From positions 34,671,345 through 34,735,344 of the forward strand of contig NC_058133.1 of NCBI RefSeq assembly GCF_016433145.1: a stretch of DNA of 64,000 bases, read 5' to 3'. Below, one piece after another: positions 58,018 to 64,000 of the stretch. Positions within the stretch are counted from its first letter, which is position 1. Each line of letters opens with the position of its first letter. The position numbers and the translations under genes are program-made. This stretch comes from Gracilinanus agilis (taxonomy: Eukaryota). The notes under the pieces are model-generated. The model was not told where the DNA came from. It saw only the letters and a list, made by a program, of their open reading frames with translations, and did no database searches.

Positions 58018-61000
58018 AAAACCATCAGTAAGCATTATCTGTAACAGAGATAAATGAAAAACCTTTCCAATAAGATCAGGAGTGAAACAAGGATGCCCAT
58101 TATGACCACTATTATTCAATATTGTACTAGAAATGCTAGCTATAGCAATAAGAGAAGAAATTGGAGGAATTACAATAGATAATGAGAAAATAAAGCTATC
58201 ACTTTGTAGATAAGATGATGATATACTTAAAGAATCCTAGAGAATTAACTAAAAGACTAGTGGAAGTAATTGACAACTTCAGCAAAGTTGCAAGACATAA
58301 AATAAACTCGCACAAATCATCAGCATTTCTATATGTTACCAACAAAGTCCAGCAGGAAGAGACAGAAAGAGAAATTTCATTTAAAATAATACTAGACAAT
58401 ACAAAATATTTTGGAATCTACCTGCCAAGACAAACCCAGGACCTATATAAACAATTATGAAACACTTTTCACACAAAGTCAGATCTAAACAACTGAGAAA
58501 TATTAATTGCTCATGGTTAGGCTGGGCCAATATAATAACAATTACAATTCTACCTAAACTAATTTACTTATTCAGTATAATACCAACCAAACTACAAAAG
58601 AATTATTTCATAGAACTAGAAAAAAATCATAGCAAAATTTATCTAGAAGAACAACAGGTCAAGAATATTAAAAGAATTAATGAAAAAGATGTGAAGGAAG
58701 GTAGTCTAGCCATACCAGACCTCAAACTGTATTTTAAAGTGGTAATCATCAAAACAATGTGGTACGAACTAAGAAATAATGGTGAATCAATGGAATAGAT
58801 TAGGTATATGATGCATAGTAGTAAATGACCATAGTAATCTAGTGTTTAATAAATTTAAAGAGCTAAGCTTTTGGGACAAAGAACTCACTATCTGACAAAA
58901 ACTTCTGGGAAAACTGGGAAACAGTTTGGCAGAAACTAGGTATAGACCAATATCTCACACCATATACCAAGATAAGGTCAAGATGGGTACATGATTTAGT
59001 CATAAAGGGTAATTATCATAAGTAAAATAAGGGAGTCTGGAATATTTTGCCTGTCAGATTTATGGATAAGAGAGGAATTTATGACCAAATAAGAGATAGA
59101 GGAGATTACAGGAAGTGAACTAGATAATTTTGATTACATGAAATGAAAAAGCTTTTGTACAAATAAAACTAATGCAGCCAAAATTAGAAGGAAAAAAGGA
59201 AACAGAGAAAATTTTATAACAAGTTTTTCTGATTAAGGCTTCATTTCTCAAATATATAGGGAACTGAGCCAATTTTGTAAAAATAAGAGTTATTTCTCAA
59301 TTGATAAATGGTTAAGGGATATGAACAGTTTAGAGAAGTCAAAGCTATTAAAAAATTATCTAAATCACTATTGATTAGAGAAATGCAAATAAAAATAATT
59401 CTGAGGTACCACCTCCTACCTATCAGGCTGGTTAACATGACGGAAAAGGGAAATGACAAATGCTAAAGGGGATATGGAAAAATAGGGATACTAATGCATC
59501 GACAGTGGAGTTATGAACTAGTATAACCATTCTGGAGAACAATTTGGAACTATACACAAAGGGTTATAAAACTACACATAATTCTTTGACCCAGCAATAC
59601 CACTAGTAGGTCTGTATTCCAAAAAATATCAAAGGGAAAAGGTCTTATATGTACAAAAATATTTATAGCAGCTCTTTTTGTGATAGCAATGAATTGGAAA
59701 TTGAGGGGATATCCATCAATTGGGGAATGACTAACGAGTTATGGTATATGATTATGGTGGAATACTGTTGTGCTACAAAAAAAATGACAAGCAGGATGCT
59801 TTCAGAAAAACTTGGGAAGACTTATATAAACTGATGCAAAATGAATTGAGCAGAACCAGGAGAGCACTGTACACAGAAACAACAATATTGTAATAATGGT
59901 AAACTATGAAAGACTTAGCTACTTTGATCAAGACAATAATACAAGACAATTTGAAAAGACCCATATTGAAAAATGCTGTACACCTCCAGAAAGAACTGGT
60001 AAACTTTGACTGCAGATTGAAGCAGACTTTTAAAAAAACTTTTACTGTTTTGTGTTTTCTTTTGCAACATGGCTAATATAAAAATGTTTTGCATAACTTC
60101 ACATGGATAACCAAATTGCTTGCCTTCCCAAAGAGGAAGGAGGAGCAGGAAAGAGGAAGAGAATTTGGATCTCAAAAATTTTTTTAAATGAATGTTTAAA
60201 AAAATTTTACATGTAATTAGGAAATATTTAACAAAATATAAATAATTTTAAAATAACACTAAATATGTCCTCCAAAATCTTCCCAGAAGCAAGTAGGTCC
60301 TTGGTCAAATCTCAAGCAGGTCCACCAGAGTTACTGGCATCAGACAACAGTTGAGTGAGCTGCCTCTGGCTGCTGGTCAGACACTAAGGTGAGGATTCTG
60401 GGTGGAGGGGCTGGTCTGGAGATGGCTCTTACATTCAGTCACTTGGGGATTTGGCAAGCTGAAGCCTCTGGCTAGATTGTCTCTCAAGATGCTGTTGGGC
60501 TTCCTCTACCACAATCCAGGAATTCCTAGAAGCTCTCATAGCCCAGAAGTGCAGGTCAAGGTCTGATCCCTATGGTCCTCTCAGCTTCCTTTTCCCAAGG
60601 GGCTATGGGGCAGCTTTCCAGCAAGCCTCTCATTCTATTTCCTTATTCTGCTCCTGCCCAGCCGAGCCCCTTTGCATAACCTGTTGGCATCTGCCATTGC
60701 CTTCCCACCTGCCTTCTTTCCGGCTCAGGGTCACTCCCTCACTCCCCTACCTGCCCTGCCAGCATCCTGGGGGCAGGAAACAAGCTGAGTCCTGCCCTTC
60801 AAATTCCCCAGCCCAGGCTCCTTCCCAGGTCCTTGCTGGGCCTCTCCAGGTCACCTCTGCTCTCTGAGTTCACCTGACATCATCATCTGCCTCCCTCCTG
60901 CCCTAATACCCAGACCTCTTACTTCCTAACTCATCAGCCCAAATTCATTTTCAGCTGCCAGATTAGCCTTCCCAAACCAGGGTCTGAACATGCTATTCCC

Positions 61001-61899
61001 TTGCTTAAAAGCCTTCAATGGCTCACCCTTGTTTGGGAGAAAAACTGAAAGACCTGAGGGATCTCAGAGGCTATCCAGTCCACCCCCGACCTGAACAAGT
61101 AGCCCTTTAACACATCACAGTGAGCACAAGTGAGCATCCAGCTCCAAGGAATGGGGAACTCACTACCTTCCAACGCAGCCAAAGCCCCCAAATTATTCTG
61201 AAAGTGTTTCAGAATGTCCAGCCTGAGTCAGACACTTCTGCCCCTGGGGACGAAGTAATACAAGGTTGATCCTACCTCCCAAGGGCAGCCCCTTCCATGC
61301 TAGGAGTCTTCTTTCCTGGCATCTCCGAGATTCAATGGGCTGCAGAGCTAGGAAGGAAAGGTGACTGTGCCTGTCCTTGGCTCTAGTCAGACAATAGCAG
61401 GAGCACAATGGTCAGTGTTGGGCACCTCATCAAAGGACAGACATGGATCCATGAGAGAGTGCCCAGAGGAGGGCAGAGGGGATGGGGAAGGGCCTGCAGG
61501 CCCTGCCACTTAACCAGGAAGGATGAAGAATTGGGAAGCCAAAGGGAGTCAGAATCCAGAAAGCCAGCAAAGCCCACTCACTGAGGCCACTGGTGGTAAA
61601 CTCTTTTTCAGGGGGCACATTCTAGGACGTTTTCATACCTTGCCTCTGCCCTCAGAGTCTGTGCTACTGAGTCCCTTCAATGTCCACTTCAGAGGGGGCT
61701 GCCCCAAAGGCTGGACCACCACTTGCTAAGAATGTTGTAATGAGGTCCCTGCCAGCTCCAGGATTTCACAATTCTTCTGTGTTAAAAGCTGATCTCAAGA
61801 CTTTGAAAGGTATAATCTAGTCAGGGCAGAAGACAGATGGATGACTACACACTATTCCTGGAAGCTCTGTTTCCCTCAATTCATCCCAAATCTGTCAAA

Positions 61900-62520
61900 A
61901 AACTTTTTTGGCTGCCCTTCGGTTCATCCCCTAATCTTGTTGGATGGCTTGTTGTCTCTCCCCACACCTCCCGGGTCCTTGCCTTTGTGAAGTCGAATAC
62001 TAGAACCCAAGTATACAACTTTACACTTATTCCTATTGAATTCAACTTGTTTAGTTGAGCCCAATGTTTAAGCCTGGTCTAGTTTTTCTGCCTGACTTTG
62101 GCCAGCCCGCTCAGCTTAGGGGTCCCATCACCAGATTTCAAACACATGCCACTGATGCCTTGATCCAAGTTGATAATACAAAGGTCAAAGGGCATAGAGC
62201 CAAGCACACAAGCCTAGGACACTCCGCTGGAGCCTGCTTGCCAGGGTGAGATCAACCATTAATAACTATGTTTTAGGGCAGGCTATTACAATAGTTCCAA
62301 ATCCATCTAATTGTTCCCTGCCTAGCCCCACCGCCACCTTTTGTACAAGAAGAGTAAGAGACTATATGGTTATTAGCTACAGTCTAGCCAACACTAGTCC
62401 CAGCATTCCCTTAAACTCTCAGTCCAAAAAGGATATGAGCTGGGTCTAGCCTGGCTTATTGTCTGGGTAGCCAGGTAGGTGGGTGGGCTTTCAGAATGGC
62501 CTCCTCCTTTTCTAGGTATT
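61900..62520 (-). mobile_element. CR1/L3 reverse-transcriptase remnant
   Basis: The minus strand around 62230-62100 retains the GVPQGSVLGP..F...IN.LD.GI....KF..D..KL.G pattern in degenerate form. Confidence 0.6.
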
Positions 62521-64000
62521 CATAAGCCACCCCTTTAATGATATAATCTTGAATTCTCCTAGGAATACCTTTTTTGGAAATGTGCCCTGTCTATCCTTTG
62601 GGAGGCCAGGGGTACATCCCACTCCTGCTTACCAGGCTTTGAAAGGCCACAGCCAGTGGTTCTGCTATCACACCACCAGTCTGTTCTAGACCTGGGCCTA
62701 ATGATTTGCACTTGTCTTGGGTGGCCAGCTACTATTCCCTTCCTATGTCTCTTCTCTAAACCTAAAGTTGAAACCCCATGACCTGGCATTCAAGGTCTTC
62801 CACAACCCAGCTCCAACGGCTTTTTCTGACTTGATGCCTGACAGTTCCCCTTTCACACCCAACAGACCAACTCTTAAGCATTTGGTCATAGGCCCACTGA
62901 AAACCTTAGCTTAGTATATGTGGGGCAGGCAGGGACAGACCAGTTTCAACATCATGGCTGGAATCTATTCTCAGGCCTCTTTGGGGCACAATAATTTTCT
63001 TAATGTAATTTCTATCTTCCTAATCTCAGAACCCTGGATGTCCTGGATAGCCTATGCCCAGGTCCTCCAGGCTGGGGTCTCCCACAGCTCAGCAAAGATA
63101 GCCTGTCCTCACCTTGAGATTTGCCACGGACAATCCTGAGTGGCTGATTCTAGCTTTCAGGGCTTCTTCCTCTCCTGGATGTCTTTCAGGGTTTGCTCAT
63201 AAGGGAAAAGGTAGTCTCCCAGTCTCTGCCAGGCCAAGGCACAAGTGTAAGGGGAAGGCCAGGAAGGAGAAGGAGACTTGAGCCCAGCTAGAGAGGTCAG
63301 GGTTCACTCCTGGTAGGCATCCTGCGTTGTCCAGGCCCCAAGAGATACTCCCGATTCTCTCGATCCTCTCGGTCTCACTTCAGAGGCTCTTACTAGATTA
63401 TTATTTTTGAGTCCCAAGGCCAGCATCAGGGCATTTTCTCAGAAGGATTCCCTAATCACCATGGAGAGAATTTCTGTTCTCTTAGAAGGAAGGATGGATG
63501 GCAAAGAGGGTGTTTGTGGGGCACAGGCTCTATTTCTGTCCCTGGGGTCTATTCCAATACTCAGTGGCCTGGCCAGGAGTGTAAACACCCTGCTAAAAAT
63601 AGGGTCCTCAAATCGAAGGCGTGGGATCGAGGAGACTTCCCGAGGGTCTCAACTGTGGGTGAAGCACCAGGATAGGAGGAGGGAGAGTTGGGGCCCAGCC
63701 CCAGGCAGGGACCCTGGGAAGGGTTTCACCTCTGACCATTGGGCCTGAAGCCAGTGGTAATGACTTCCCCAGCTTAGTCCTGCCTAGTAATAGGGAGCCC
63801 CAGCCTCACTTACCCCTGCTTGCCCAAAAGGGCCTACCAACCCAGGTCCACAGATGACAAAGTCAGTACTGTCTCTTAATGGCACCTTCCTGACACCTGC
63901 TTATACCACCATGTCTCTGTCCCAACAAAATAACAGCTTAGACAATGACTTCTGGAGTGGAGGCCATGCCCAGGAGGGTCACAGAAGCCCAAGATGGATG

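Larger units (their letters stand above)
56720..60250 (+). mobile_element. 5'-truncated L1, decayed ORF2 (RT domain to 3' UTR), with two nested insertions
   Basis: '[14 protein letters not shown]', 'GVKQGCPL*PLLFNIVLEMLA', '(A)DDMMIYLKNPRELTKRLVEVIDNFSKVARHKINSHKSSAFLYV' and 'GSLAIPDLKLYFKVVIIKTMWY', then the 3' UTR. Confidence 0.9.

Noticed and set aside
46742-64000. Upstream ST3GAL3 exons (e.g. KLPAELATKYANFSEGACKPGY)
   Set aside because: Not found by reading the minus strand; presumably beyond the window across a long intron.
1-64000. CRISPR arrays, rRNA genes or prokaryotic operons
   Set aside because: This is vertebrate intron-exon DNA. The tandem repeats present lack unique spacers and there is no rRNA-like sequence.

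Overview
Eukaryotic, repeat-rich vertebrate DNA. The SINE1_Mdo-, MAR1-, MIR-, L1-, HAL1-, RTE- and CR1-like repeats point to a marsupial, most likely an opossum (Monodelphis-like); this is inferred from remembered repeat consensuses, not from a search. The only host protein-coding gene I can support is ST3GAL3 (beta-galactoside alpha-2,3-sialyltransferase 3) on the minus strand. Its last seven coding exons (46741 down to 26517) total 826 nt with all introns GT-AG and sialylmotifs L, S, III and VS intact. An AATAAA lies at 25584-25589 and the 5' exons are not visible in the window. Downstream of the gene (1-25 kb) I find no recognisable ARTN, the neighbour expected from eutherian synteny. That interval instead holds a decayed class I endogenous retrovirus (about 4970-11419: tRNA-Arg PBS, gag, in-frame TGA, protease stub, integrase, no RT, no env) carrying nested SINE, L1 and solo-LTR insertions. 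It also holds a full-length ORF1-only HAL1-like element (about 21055-23650) and a small CpG-rich GC-box/TATA/micro-ORF module (about 17378-17520). ST3GAL3 introns contain L1, L2, CR1/L3 and RTE fragments, a hAT MITE and many SINEs; numerous small MIR/L2/SINE fragments are not listed individually. There are two N gaps. Most ORFs in the supplied track are spurious (GC-rich, antisense or repeat-derived). I found no clear novel biological system; the best leads are the apparent absence of ARTN with an orphan promoter-like module, the RT-less/env-less ERV with an Asn-rich Gag tail, and the HAL1 element.
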